Source: Lama glama (taxonomy: Eukaryota). Taken from it: a stretch of 64,000 bases of DNA. Both the position numbers and the translations under genes were made by a program. The DNA lies in the NCBI GenBank assembly GCA_028534125.1, contig CM052817.1:18292001-18356000 (forward strand), in the 5' to 3' direction. Of this stretch, positions 49,550-62,330 are shown in pieces (within the stretch, counting starts at the first letter, position 1; each line of letters opens with the position of its first letter). Below the pieces are notes generated by a model, which saw nothing but the letters and a program-made list of their open reading frames with translations, searched no databases and was not told where the DNA came from.

Positions 49550-50155
49550 TTTTTTTTTTTTACTTAAAAATTTTTTTATTTTTATACAATTTTTAAAGGT
49601 TACTTACCATTTACTATAAAATATTGGCTATATTCCCCATGTTGTACAATACATCCTTGAGCCTGTCCTACACCCAACAGTTTGTACCTCCCACCTCTCA
49701 CCCCTGTACTGCCCCTCCCCTTTTCCCTGTCCCCACTGGTAACTACTAGTTTGCCCTCTCTATCTGTGAGTCTGCTTCTTTTATGTTATATTCACTAGTT
49801 TGTATTTTTTAGATTCCACATAGGAGCAATACCATACAGTATATATCGTTCTGTCTGACATTTCATTTTTAAAAATAATTATTTATTTATTTTTTTATTG
49901 GCTCACTTTTTTCTCTTTTTGGTGGGGAGAGGTAATTAGGTTTATTTATTTATTTATTTTTAGAGGAGGTACTGGGGATTGAACCCAGGACCTTGTGTGT
50001 GCTAAGCATGTGCTCTGCCACTGAGCTATACCCTCCCCTACCCTGTCTGACTTATTTCATTTAGCACAATGCCCTCCAAGTCCATCCATGTTTCTACAAA
50101 TGACATTATCTCATTCTTTTTTATGGCTGCGTAGTATTCCATTGTATCTATATAC
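49550..50155 (-). mobile_element. Nested L1 3' fragment, itself interrupted by a SINE
   Basis: Poly-T...aaaatattggctatattccccatgttgtacaatacatcc...ttagattccacata...ttatggctgcgtagtattccattgta. Confidence 0.88.
49869..50042 (-). mobile_element. tRNA-derived SINE resembling camelid Vic-1
   Basis: The minus strand reads ggggagggtatagctcagtggcagagcacatgcttagcacacacaaggtcctgggttcaatccccagtacctcc plus an (AAAT)n/A-rich tail, with A box tagctcagtgg and B box ggttcaatcc. The flanking duplication is ctgtctgac(tt)atttcattt at 49851-49868 and 50043-50062. Confidence 0.88.
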
Positions 50156-50384
50156 TATTTTAAGTGTATTTTCATTTGTAACTATTCTCTTGATTTAAGA
50201 GACAATGGAATAAAACAATAATTATAAAACTGTGTTGGTGAGCTCATAATGTATAAAGATGTGATTTGTGTGGCAATAATAGTACAGAGGAGGGTAGAGG
50301 GAATAGAACTGTATTGGGGCAAAGTTTTTGCATACTACTGAAATTAAATTGGTATTAGTGTAACCAGACTGTATTTAGTTAAGA

Positions 50385-50990
50385 TTTTTTTTTAATTGAA
50401 GTATTGTTGATTTGCAATGTTGCTTCTGGTATACAGCATAGTGATTGTTATACATTTATATATTCTTTCTCATTATAGGTTATTACAAGATATTAAATAT
50501 AGTTCCATGTGCTATGCAGTAGGACCTCATTTTTCTATTTTATATGTAATAGTTTTTATATGCTAATTCCAAACTCCTAATTTATCTCTCCCTGCTTCCC
50601 CTTTGGTAACTGTAAATTTGTTTTATATGTCTGTGAGTCTGGTTCTATTTTGTAAGTAAGTTCATTTGTGTCTTTTTTTTTTTTTTTTAGATTCCACATA
50701 TAAGTGATATCATATGGTATTTTTCTTTCTGTGTCTGGTATGAACATTGGGGTGCATGTATCTTTACCAGTTAGAATTTTCTCTGGATATATGTCCAGGA
50801 GTGGGATTGCTGGATCATATGGTAGGTCTGTTTTTAGTTTTTAAAGGAATCTTCATATTGTTTTCCATAATGTCTGCACCAAATTACATTCTCATCAATG
50901 GTGCAGGAGGGTTCCCTTTTCTTCACATGCTCATTAGCATTTATCATTGTGGACTTTTTAATGATGACCATTCTGACTGGTGTGAGGTGA
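50385..50990 (-). mobile_element. Second nested L1 3' fragment with an internal deletion
   Basis: ttttttaattgaagtattgttgatttgcaatgttg...; it jumps from ttctgtgtctgg to tatgaacattggggtgcatg. The minus-strand ORF 50834-51031 contains HLTPVRMVIIKKS. Confidence 0.9.
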
Positions 50991-53701
50991 TTTAAGTTAT
51001 TAATTGTAATCCTCATGAACACAATCCTCAAATATTAAGGAAATAATTCACAACATATAGTAAAAGAAACAACTAATGAATTAAAACAGTATACAAGAAA
51101 ATATCTCTTTAACATACAAAAAAGAAAGAAAGGAACAAAAAAGACATAAAATACACAGGAAGAAATTCCAGCAAAATGGTGGACATGCATCCTACTTTAT
51201 CAATAATTGCCCTAAATGTAAATGGATTATATCTTCCAATTAAAAAGCAGATATTTGCAAATGGATTAAAAAACTATGATCCAAGTATATGCTGTGTACA
51301 AGCAACAAACTTAGGTTCAAAGACACAAATAGTTTGAAAGTAGAAGAGTGGAAATTATGTACCATTCACACAGTACTTAAACGAGAGTTAAAGTAGTTAT
51401 ATTATCAGACAAAATAGACTTTAAGACAAAAATTGTTACTAAAGGAAAAGAAGAACATTTTTTAATGATAAAAGCGTAAACCCATCAGGATGACATAATA
51501 ATTATAAACATACATGTACCTAAGAAAAAAGCCCCCAAATACATGAAGCAAACGCAGACAGCATTGAAAGGAGAAATAGACAATCTAATAATAATAATTG
51601 GAGGGTTTACTAACTCACTATGAATAATGCGTAGAACAACCTGACCTGAGATCAATGGGGAAACCGAAGAAGACTTGAAAAATGCTCTAACCCAACTAGA
51701 CCTAACAGACATTTATGAAATACTGCACCCAACAACAGCAGAATACACATTCATCTCAAGTGCACATGGCACAGTATCTAGAATAGACTATGTGTTAAGC
51801 CATAAAACAAACCTCAATAAATATAAAAGAATTTAAATCATATAAAATAAGTTCTCTGACCACAATGGAATGGAATTAGAAATCCATAATAGAAAGAAGT
51901 TTGGGAGGTTTACAAATATGTGGAAATTAAACAACATACTCCAAAATAACCAATGGGCCAAAGAAGAAATCACAAAGAAAATCGGAAAATACTTTGAGAT
52001 GAATGAAAATTAAAATGCACATAAGAAAACTTAGGAGATACAGCTAAATCACTGCTTAGCTTGATAGTTTTAGCCAGGTATATGAAACCACCTATATTAA
52101 ACCATCTATATTAAAAATATAAAAAGATCTCAAATCAATTTCCTAAATACTACCTTAAGAAACAAAGCAAAAGGAGAGCAACTAACTCAAAGCACACAGA
52201 AGGAAGAAAACAATAAGGACTAAGAAAGAAATAAACGAAATAAAGAATATAAGAACATTAGAGAAAATCTATAAAGCAAAAAGTTTATTCTTTGAAAAGT
52301 CCTGCCAAACTGACAAACCTTAAAGCTAACTGACAAAGCAAAAAGAGAAGACTCAAATTATTAAAACCAGGAACAACAGAGAGAGAAAATCACTACTGAT
52401 TTATAGAAATAAAAAAAGTTTATAAGGGAACACTATGAACACTTGCAAGCCGAACAAATCAGATAACCTAAATGAATTGGAAAAATTGCTAATGTCTAAA
52501 CAGATTTTCCTGAAGTTTCAGTAGTTTGTGAATACACTAAAAACCACTAAGTTGTACAGTTTAAAAGGGTGAACTTCAGTCACATGTGAATTTTATCTTA
52601 ACAAAGCGATTATTCAAGAAAAGTCTAATTTCCTTCTTGCTTTCTTAAATGTTACAAGGAGTGAGTAGTAACTTGGACATTTTACAGGTTACAGATATCA
52701 ACCCTTTGAGTATCTGTCTTATTTCATTTCAATCTCTCTCTCTCTTTTTTTTTTTTTTCGGTCTGGAGGAACATAGAAGGAGAAAATGTCAAATAATTTT
52801 TGACAGAGGATAGCAAAGTCAATTAATTTATGTCTACACCTCTCTTTTTTATTATCTTTTATAAATATCTCTAATGATCTGTTTTCTCTTGTGCCATTTT
52901 CTATTTGTTAGACTTTGAAAAGCAGCATGACTTCTTTGCAATTTTTTGAAAAACAACATCAAAACTGTGAGTACTTTTCAAAATGTTGTATAGTTTTCAT
53001 CTTATTCGTTTACATGCCAGTTCTCTAAATATAGAGAACACAGAAGAAATGGCTCCATGAAAAGATTTGGGCTTGTAATCTGAAGATTAGTTCCTATATA
53101 GTTTACAAAAATAAGTACAAGACATTTTTCCACGGAGGGAGAATGATCCAGATCATAAAATTTCGGTTTCCACGCCTAGGTTAGTCATAACATGTTAGAA
53201 ACACAGACCTCGACTCCCCGGTGTTCCCACTCTTACGTAGTGCACATTGTTTCCCAGATTTTCTAGTTTCACTTTGAAATATTACGTTCATAAAACTCTG
53301 AGGAGTACAATTTCTTCATAATGCCTTTCCTCTCATCACTGCTGCTGTGTATAATTTATATAGCATCTCTGGCATTCTTTGTGTTTTGTGTAGCTGAGAT
53401 GCCAAGGTCTTCGCTCTGAAGAGCTTAGAATTCAGAACCTGAAGCTCCATGCACTAGGAACAATAAAGCAAGAAGTGATGGTGGTGTGTGGAGGGTTCAA
53501 GGTCTCTAAATCTGCTCTTACAAGATTCTCAAGTCATCATTGGAACAGGTCCTTTTTGTGCTCAGTAGCCAGAATTAAACATGGGACCTTGGGTAACCCC
53601 ATTTACTTTTCCCATGGAACTACGATAATGTGCCAGGCTCTATTTTCCTAATTTTCATGAAAACTTATCAGAGTGGCAGGTTGTTTAATTCATAATGATG
53701 A

Positions 53702-53973
53702 TTGTCTGCCTCCATCTTTACATGGCCTTCTTTTTGTGTCTTAGTGCCTCAAATTTCTCCCCCCTTTCCATTATAAATCCAGTGAGACTAGTCAGTAGAG
53801 TCCAAAATTCTACACATTAAATCCAATGACTCTAAATCCAGGATGATTTCATCTTGAGACCCTTAATTTAATTGCATCTACAAAAACTCCGTTTCCAAAT
53901 AGGGTCACATTTACAGGGACTGGCTGTTAGGACTTGGATATATCTTTTTGGGGGACACAATTCAACCCGCTAG
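53702..53973 (-). mobile_element. MaLR LTR fragment (MLT1A-like)
   Basis: ctgcctccatctttacatggcc...aatccaggatgatttcatcttgagacccttaa...ttccaaatagggtcacatt...tatctttttgggggacacaattcaaccc. Confidence 0.85.
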
Positions 53974-54303
53974 AGACTACTTAGGAAATTAAATCACAAT
54001 CAAAATGTTTCTTGTTCAATTTGACTCTGAATAAAGGGAGTAAGTTACATAGTTATTCTATTTCCTTAGGTTGACTTTGCTTATCTCTTCGCTCACTCCT
54101 TTTCATTAGTCTTAAAGTCATAACTCCAATCCTATTCTCCTTATTTATAAATTCTTTGACGCTTCCTCACCAGAACCCCAATTACTAACTGTATCAAGAA
54201 TTTCCCTCAATAGTGAGGTGAACTTCTACCTTGTAGCTACTTTCCTCCATCACTTTGTTCTTAACCCATCTTCCATCATGTAGATTTAATGGGCTTTTTT
54301 TTT

Positions 54304-54803
54304 NNNNNNNNNNNNNNNNNNNNNNNNNNNNNNNNNNNNNNNNNNNNNNNNNNNNNNNNNNNNNNNNNNNNNNNNNNNNNNNNNNNNNNNNNNNNNNNNN
54401 NNNNNNNNNNNNNNNNNNNNNNNNNNNNNNNNNNNNNNNNNNNNNNNNNNNNNNNNNNNNNNNNNNNNNNNNNNNNNNNNNNNNNNNNNNNNNNNNNNNN
54501 NNNNNNNNNNNNNNNNNNNNNNNNNNNNNNNNNNNNNNNNNNNNNNNNNNNNNNNNNNNNNNNNNNNNNNNNNNNNNNNNNNNNNNNNNNNNNNNNNNNN
54601 NNNNNNNNNNNNNNNNNNNNNNNNNNNNNNNNNNNNNNNNNNNNNNNNNNNNNNNNNNNNNNNNNNNNNNNNNNNNNNNNNNNNNNNNNNNNNNNNNNNN
54701 NNNNNNNNNNNNNNNNNNNNNNNNNNNNNNNNNNNNNNNNNNNNNNNNNNNNNNNNNNNNNNNNNNNNNNNNNNNNNNNNNNNNNNNNNNNNNNNNNNNN
54801 NNN
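54304..54803. other. Assembly gap (500 N)
   Basis: Read directly from the sequence. Confidence 0.99.
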
Positions 54804-55460
54804 GAGATAGGGAATTTGTAAACATCCTCAGTCAAAGTTGGAGTGTAGAAGGGGCTCTAAATGAGGCATGGGGTCAGTGCTGTAGAGAAAAGAGTGGGCC
54901 AAGAGTTTTGACTTGTAATAGATAATATCCAGGAGAGGGTGTGTCTATTGATCCAAAGTAGAGTTTCCTTCTGGAACAAGAAAGAGAGTATATAACAGAG
55001 GACTGTATTTTGCTGACTTAGTAAAAGAGCAACACAGAAACTCACAGAAGTTCGCTTTATCTAAGCCTCGAGGAAGCAGAACTGCATTCTCTCTTGGAGC
55101 GCTCAGGGAGGGGCTCAGCCATCTGGTCACCTTAAACCAGCAGTGAAGAACTTAAGCCTGAGGCTGAGGCTACAGATTCATTAGTTGGGAACTAAAGGCT
55201 GAAAACTAAGCCGTCTATGTTTGGTCTGAAGCCCCGGCTTGCGACAGCGAGCTAATAGACTCTCCCCATGCCTCTGTCAAAAAGGGACTTTCCTTCAGAG
55301 AAAATGGGGGATTATGTCCCCGGGAGGTTATAGAGCTTCTCTTAGGGCAGGAAGTAAATCAATACTGATGCTGGCGACAGAATCACATAATTCTGCTGAC
55401 TTGCTGTGGTGTCTCGAGTATTATCCTGAGAGCCATGGGGATACCCCAGGTGAAGTGCTC

Positions 55461-55502
55461 TGTGTGTGTGTGTGTGTGTGTGTGTGCATGCGTGCGCATG
55501 TG
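55461..55502 (+). repeat. (TG)13 extended by an alternating catgcgtgcgcatgtg tract
   Basis: Read directly from the sequence. Confidence 0.93.
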
Positions 55503-55717
55503 ATCACTCCTGTGCACACACAGAAAATACAAGAGCGCTCTTTTCACCCTTCCTCTGGCTTCCAGAGCACTTGGTGTGTTTCTTAGCCCCCCGTGACCTT
55601 TACTGGGGTTGTCTGTGCACTCTCCACGCCTTCTCTGGCCTGTGAGCACCATAGGAAAAAGAAAAAACGTTCTAGATTTTTTTTATAGTGCTCACTGTGC
55701 CAAGCACGAGACTGTGC

Positions 55718-56076
55718 ACTGATTTAGATATACATATGTAAATATTCTTTTTCATTACAGATTATTGTAAGATATTGACTATAGTTCCCTGTGCTAAGAC
55801 CTTGTTTATCTATTTTATATAGAGTAGTTTGTATCTGCTGACTGTAAATTCCTAAATTTATCCCTCCCCCAACTTTCCCCTTTGGTAACCATAAGTTTGT
55901 TTTCTATGTCTATGAGTCTGTTTTGTAAATAAGTTCATTCGTATCATATTTCAGGTTCCATATGTAAGCGATATATTTGTCTTTCTCTGACTTACTTCAC
56001 TTAGTATGATAATCACTAGGTTCATCCAAGATGCTGCAAATGGGATTATTTTATTCCTTTTTATGGCTGAGTAGTA

Positions 56077-56112
<36 letters not shown>

Positions 56113-56652
56113 CACATGTTCTTTATCCAGTCATCTGTCAATGGACATATAGGTTGCTTCCATGTCTTGGCTACTGTAAACAGTGCTGCTATGAACATTG
56201 GGGTGCATGTACCTTCTCGAATTAGCATTTTCTCCAGATATACACTGAGGTGTGAGATTACTGGATCATAAGGCAACTCTGTTTTTTTAAGGGAACTTCA
56301 TACTGTTTTACATTCCCACCAACAGTGGCATCTTTAGAATTTTCTGTATATAGCACCATGTCATCTTCAAACGGAGATTGTTTTACTTCTTCCTTTTTCT
56401 TTCATTTCTATTTCTTGTCTGACTGCTGTGGTGAGGACTTCCAATACTGTGTTGAATAAAAGTGGCAAAAGTGGGCATCCTTGTCTTGTTCTTCTGTTGA
56501 GATAATCATATGATTTTTATTCTTCAATATCTTAACATGTTATATCACACTGATTGATTTGTGGACATTAAATTATCTTGCATCCCTGGGATAAATCCCA
56601 CTTGTTCATGATATGTGATCCTTTTAATGTATTGTTGGATTCAATTTGATAA
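55718..56652 (-). mobile_element. L1 3' region with several internal deletions and an embedded (TG)n at about 56080-56110
   Basis: ORF 56061-56276 (-) reads MPYDPVISHLSVYLEKMLIREGTCTPMFIAALFTVAKTWKQPICP, the L1 ORF2 C-terminus. More distal ORF2 segments follow (aggacttccaatactgtgttgaataaaagtgg; catccctgggataaatcccactt). Confidence 0.9.
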
Positions 56653-57369
56653 TACAAACTTCGGTTTTCTCTATCTTGTATCAGTCTTGATATTTCAAAT
56701 TGTGCTTCTCCTTACAAATCGGGAACTGGTAGATTCTACATGGTGCAGAGAGTCAAATTGTAGCATCAAGTGAGCATCTGCCTTCTCTGCTGTATGCTCT
56801 GGAACCTCAGTTTTCTCAGCATTACCCAGTGATAATCATTTCTATCAGATAAGGTGAGTGTATGCATTTGATATATTCATTTAAATTATAAGCCACATAA
56901 AAGGGATGCAGAAGTAAGATGCTCAATCTTTTGTCTTACCTGTAATGCTCAGTATTGCGCTTTGGAAATGTGTCACATTCAAAATTAAATTCAAATTATA
57001 TTTTTTGAATGAATGAGGGAGTTGTTAGCACATAATTTTCTAAAGGTTTTTGGATAGACTCGGGTTTGCTGCGTCCTTCTCCGATTAATGACTTCCCTAC
57101 CTGAAGGCAGAGCTAAACTTCTAATTTCATGAAGGTAAAAATAAACCTACTAGACTATAGTAACGTCAAGCACAGTATCTGGTACATCATTTGTGCTTTA
57201 AATTTATATTTAAATCTATAAATATTTATATTTAAATTTAGCTTTAGTAACTGAATGAATACATGAACCACTGAGTCTGAAACCTGCTACAGCTGGATCT
57301 GGTATGTAGGTTAGGTAGCATCATTAAGAAAAACATTTTAATTTCATGAAAATTTACTCTTTAAAAATG

Positions 57370-57695
57370 CGAATTTATTGAGTTATAATTAATATACAAA
57401 TAACTGCATATATGTAATGTGTACTGCAGATACCTGTGCTACCATCACTGCAATCAAGGTAATAGACAAATCTAGCACCTCCCAAAGCTTTCCGTGTCCT
57501 TTTTGTACCTTGAGTACTTTTTTTTTTTTGCTGGTAAGAATACTTAATATGAGATCTACTGTCTTAACTACTTTTGGAGTGCACAATGCTGTACTGTTCA
57601 CTATGGGCACTATGTTGTGTGTCGTAGACCTCTAGAACTTACTCATCCAGCGTAGCTGAAACTTTACGTCCATTGAACAGCTCTCCATTTTCCGA
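57370..57695 (-). mobile_element. Old L1 (L1MA/MB-like) 3' end
   Basis: tttattgagttataattaatatacaaataactgcata...ggtaagaatacttaatatgagatctac...ctctagaacttactcatc...ctgaaacttta. Confidence 0.82.
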
Positions 57696-59009
57696 AGCCT
57701 GTATTCTCCATTTGTGAAAATTTATTCTTGATGCCCTAGCACCTGCTAAGCTGTATGACTTCATCAACAGTCTCTGTTCAACTTCTGTTGGGAGCGTGTG
57801 GTTTGCCAGCTTGACTTCCACCCCTTGTGGGGTCCCTCTCCAAGCCCCATCACGGGTGCAGGTGAGACTGGGTTGTGTATGCGTGTAGGTGTGGGGGCGT
57901 GCAGAGCTGGGAGCAGAGCAGTGGGGGACAGAAGAAGGAAGTGGTGTGCTTGATAAAAATACCTGGTTCTGCTACCGTTCTGCTTTTCTAGGCTCCTATT
58001 TCAGCATCTCACCTTCTCCTCGTCAACACTCTCAACTTATTTTTATCCCATTCCCCAGCCAGCACCCTCCAGAGATCCTACCCATATTCCCACTTACTCT
58101 GAATGCACAGGAAGGCAGAATAACTAGCACACATATGGTCCTTTCTTTTCTATATGTTTCTTTCATGTGTGTTATGCTATTTAGTTATCTCATGATTCCC
58201 ATTTTTCAGATGGAAAAAGAAATATAGAGGCAAAGGTGATCAGCTGGGGGTCTCAGGCCACTGGAGAGTGGTGGTATTTGGAATTAAATCTTTTGTTCAG
58301 AGTCAATCACAGTTGTCTGTAAATTGCGTTATTACATTAAGGGCAATGGGCTTGGTGGCATGTCTCTCTCTCCTCCACTCCTTCCTTCCAGTTCTGGCTT
58401 TCTGACCCAATCAGTTTTGGTTGTTATTTTTGATAGGCTGTCTTTATTTTTTTTTTAACCCCTATTTGATTTTTCTTTTGGAGCATCTTTCGACTTGTTC
58501 TTTAGAATTGGCTAGTTTTCTGGAGGAGTGCTTGGATGACTGAACTCCCCTCTCCAGCCCACCTTCCTTTTCTCTGTGTGCTTGATAAAAATCATTCATT
58601 CTCTCTGTAGGTCTTCTGTCGTCTTAGTTACTAGCTCACCATCCGTGTGCTCATTCAAGCCAGAATTCTCAGCATATTTAAGTTCACAAGAAGAACCTGA
58701 TTTGTTGTGTTAGAAGATGTCAAACAGCTGCCAGATAGGGAGCCAATAGTGTCTTTCTATGGGCCAGGCTCTGTACGAGGCACGTAAGTGATTTAATCAT
58801 GAGACCATGTGGAACAGACTGCCTGTGTGACGGCTCTGATCCTGGAGGAGGTGGCATTTGAGATAAACCTGGAAGGAGGGGGATTTAAATAGGTGAAAGG
58901 AGAGATGGTCAAATCAGGAAAAATGCTAAACACGTAGCCATGGGCCATGTAGCATTAATGGTTGCATTTCTTCTGCAGTCACAGCACAGGTTTTGTGATT
59001 TATTCCTGT

Positions 59010-59270
59010 AATAGGTAGCGAAAGGCTAAGCTGCTGCAACAGAGACCTGACAATACAATGGCCTAGTGAACAAAGAAGTTTATTTCTCTCTCATGAAACA
59101 GTCCTGATGTGCACAGTCCAGGGCGGTTGGTTGGTCTTCCATCCCCTAGGGTGCTGCCATTGGCCACATGGTTGAGGCTGGACGGATGCCACATTCAGGT
59201 TCCAGCCACCAGAAATGGGGAGGGACCTGGAGGAGGCACATCCCATGTCCTAAAACCCAGGTCAAAGGGA
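59010..59270 (-). mobile_element. Old MaLR LTR remnant
   Basis: aggctaagctgctgcaacagagacc...aatacaatggc...aacaaagaagtttatttctctctcatg. Confidence 0.6.
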
Positions 59271-60285
59271 AAGAAAGGCTGGACTTGTGGTCTAGCAAGG
59301 CCACCAAGTACCCACCTTCCATTCTGTTCCATTCCATTGGGCAGATTGAGAGGATGGATTTTGTGGGTACCTGCCATCTCACTGCCTTTTGAGGGATTTC
59401 CTCCACTCCTTTTAAAGTTTGTTGGGAGCGACAGTGGGCTTGCTGGGAGCAGGGAGGCGTGTGTGCTGGGCAAGAGGAGGAAAGACCCTTCACAGCGTCG
59501 AAAGCTGCGGTGTGAGACTCATGCTACGTTCTCGCTGACCACGCTGGACAGAGCCCTTCGACTTCTAGAACCCAATGGTAAGTGGAGACTTTTCCTAATT
59601 TGGAGAAACAACAAAGTTGACACTTAGATTGGAATGTTTACCACTTAAAATCATCTTCCTGTAATTTTTAATTAAAATTTTGGCACCTGCTAAGGCTTAA
59701 ATGCAGGCAATGTGAAGAGATGAGAGAAATAAATGAACATGTGAGGTACCAAGAGGATGCTGACGGAAGAAGCTTTCCCAGCAGCACACAACCCTCTCAG
59801 ATCAACGGTCCACATTCGATTACAGCAGCTTTTGCACTCCAGGTTGAGATTTCACTCCACACACATATCATGCAGTTGTGTTTCCTGGCAGAGAGAGCGT
59901 TAGCTATCTTGTAAGATGGAATTAAGCACGTTATTTTGTGTGTGTGGCAAAACCCCAACAGCTCCCAGATGCTTTTCCACCTGAATGTGTCTGAGAACTG
60001 TTTGGGAGACAGGACAACCCTGTTTAGGAGGCAGGGACAACCTGCTGTTTCATTTGCTTAGAAAAATCCCACCATCTGCCTCTGATGTCAGGTGACGTGG
60101 GGTGCTAGGTGAGGGGCCTCCCTGACAAGCTGTATCCTGAGGGATGCTGCCGGCATCTGCTCACAAGCGGAAGAGAGGGCACACACACGCATGCACACTC
60201 AAGTACCTGTAACAACCCATAACTGGAGGCAGGGCGGGTCTGGGCACCAGATGTTTTGCTTCTCCCTTCTTCCCTGAAGCACATG

Positions 60286-60299
60286 CCAGTAGGTGGCAG
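60286..60299 (+). promoter_or_regulatory. CTCF core motif
   Basis: CCAGTAGGTGGCAG, an exact fit to the consensus CCASYAGRKGGCRS. Confidence 0.55.
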
Positions 60300-61339
60300 T
60301 TTAAAAATCTGAGCTGAAGAAGCTTAAAATTTTCTTTCTTTTTTTTTTTTTTTTTACCAAAGAGCAAGAGTCTTCTGGGCTGTCATCTTCAAATGCAGCC
60401 TGGTGGGAGTGAATCCCTGTGAAAATGAGAACCAGACCATCTCTCATCGTGCCTGAGAGGGTCAGGAAAGGGCACCTCACTGCTCCGCCTCTGATGCTTT
60501 CCCTCAAGGTCCCATGTGCCTCATCAAATTCTGCCTCCGACTGGCTGATACCAGCCCCCTGGGAGTTGTTCTCAGACATCCAAAATCAATAGGCAGAGCT
60601 GTCAATCACCGCAGGCCTCCTCAGCTGCGAGGGGCTGCCCTTCCCGACTGGGGCTTCCAGGAGATGCCCTGAGCCCCATCTTCACAGCAGTTCACTTAGT
60701 TCTCAATGAAGTTTGCTAATTCTCACGATTAATTGCCTCATTAATGAGGGAGATTCACACGGTCTATATGCTTTCAGCCAGGTTGTCAGATACCTTTGAA
60801 AGGGTTTAATGTCAATGAAAGTTTCTGCGTTGCCATTAGTTTAGTTAAGTAAGCATTTAACAACTCCACTCAGGTGATCATTGCTCTGGGAAAAGACCCA
60901 GGTAGGCTATCTGCTAAATTCAGTGCCCCACGGGCACAAGAACTTGCATCCAAGTGAAAAGAGGTTGCTATGTGTAGGCTGGGGAAAGCAATAGAAAAAT
61001 GAAAATGAATAAGAGCTAGATGAAACTTGAACACTGCTAATGTACTGCACGGTGTGAAGTTAAGCATGCCATCTGACTTATCAAATACTTGGTTTGAGTA
61101 TGAAAGCTTGAGCACTAGAATTTACTGACATTCTTGCTACAGCCTTCCTGCCCCAGGACATTTGTGTCACTTTCCTTTCTATATTGATGTTTTCCTTCAG
61201 GTCCTTGAGTGGATCCCTTTTGCGCTTATTTTAGTTCTTGATTTAAATGTTTGCACCATGGGGAGGTTCCATCATCATCCTCATAAAAATAGCCCCACCT
61301 GTCATCACACAGCGCCTGCTCTTTCTTCAGTCCGTGGGG

Positions 61340-61478
61340 CTCGCTGCTTATTGTCTGTCTCCCCTGCGGAGCAGAGGAAGGACTGGGTTTGTTCTATTGA
61401 CTGCTGTATCCCCAGAGCCAGGAACAATTCTTGGAATATTGTAAGTGCTAAAGAAATACATAACAACTGATGAATGAA
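61340..61478 (+). mobile_element. L2 3' end
   Basis: ttattgtctgtctcccc...tgactgctgtatccccagagccaggaacaattcttgg...tgatgaatgaa. Confidence 0.72.
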
Positions 61479-62094
61479 ATCCTAACAATGGAAATAATGT
61501 TAATAAAAGAAAAACTTCCCAAATACTTTCATCCAGAAATAAAGACCATTCACATGTTGAGGAACTCACCTCATTTCAGATATTTTTCTATATATCCATC
61601 TATTAAAATAAGATACAGCTATCAGTGCTCTTTTAAGAGAGTTTTAAATTTTTCTTTAATTTCATTTGAATTGAACAGAAGAGAAAAATAAAGATAAAAG
61701 AAAAGGTGAAACTTTGAATAGATTTTTTTCACTGTAAGAGGTGTTATTTCCTAAAATATTCCAGTAAAGAGATTATGCAAAATATTAATAAGTTGGAGTC
61801 TCTATGATTTTTTAAAAAAAACTACATTTGGAGTTTGAATTTCTGCCATAAAAGATTAGTATTCTCACATTTCCTCCCAATTTTTAAAATTATATTACTT
61901 CTTTTGTAACATTCAGCTGACTTTCTCTTTGGTATGTGTCATTCATACAACTGTCAAGTATTTGTTTGTAAATGGACAACCTCCCTACCATCAGCCTTCC
62001 CTAATGTTCTCTTTCATCCTTGAGGTTTACATTTGGATGAAACTCTTACCTGACTAGATTTCATTGGCAAGTGGATTTTCCCAGCAGGCCCAGA

Positions 62095-62330
62095 GGGTGG
62101 CACTGTAGGACTGCTGTTAAGAGAGAAGTTTCTGGAGTCACCACCCGGGGTTAACATCTCAGTTCCTCTATTTCCTAGGCTGTGTGACCTTGGGAAAGTT
62201 ACTTCCTTTCTCTGTATCTTGGTTTCTTTATTTGAAACATGGGAATAATAATGGAGCCTACTCCATAGGGCCTGTGGGGTGGAATAAAGGGATAATCTCT
62301 TCACACTATGCCTGGCGTCCAGTAAGCCTG
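62095..62330 (+). mobile_element. MIR SINE, near full length
   Basis: gttaagagagaagtttctggagtca...ctaggctgtgtgaccttgggaaagttacttcc...gtttcttatatttgaaacatgggaataataat...ctatgcctggc. Confidence 0.82.

Larger units (their letters stand above)
49420..52610 (+). mobile_element. Old L1 host element (ORF1 end, inter-ORF region, ORF2 endonuclease region, then a 3' end) with nested younger insertions
   Basis: From about 51190 it reads as decayed L1 endonuclease (SIIALNVNGL..PIKK and DPSICCVQ, frameshifted). There is a 3'-end motif aaaaccactaagttgtacagtttaaaagggtgaac...tgtgaattttatctt at about 52540-52600. Confidence 0.88.

Noticed and set aside
49960..50040. tRNA-like sequence with A and B boxes
   Set aside because: It has an A-rich tail and a TSD, so it is a SINE head and not a tRNA gene.
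54194..54835. Four ORFs of 173-213 aa
   Set aside because: They are artefacts of the 500-N gap.
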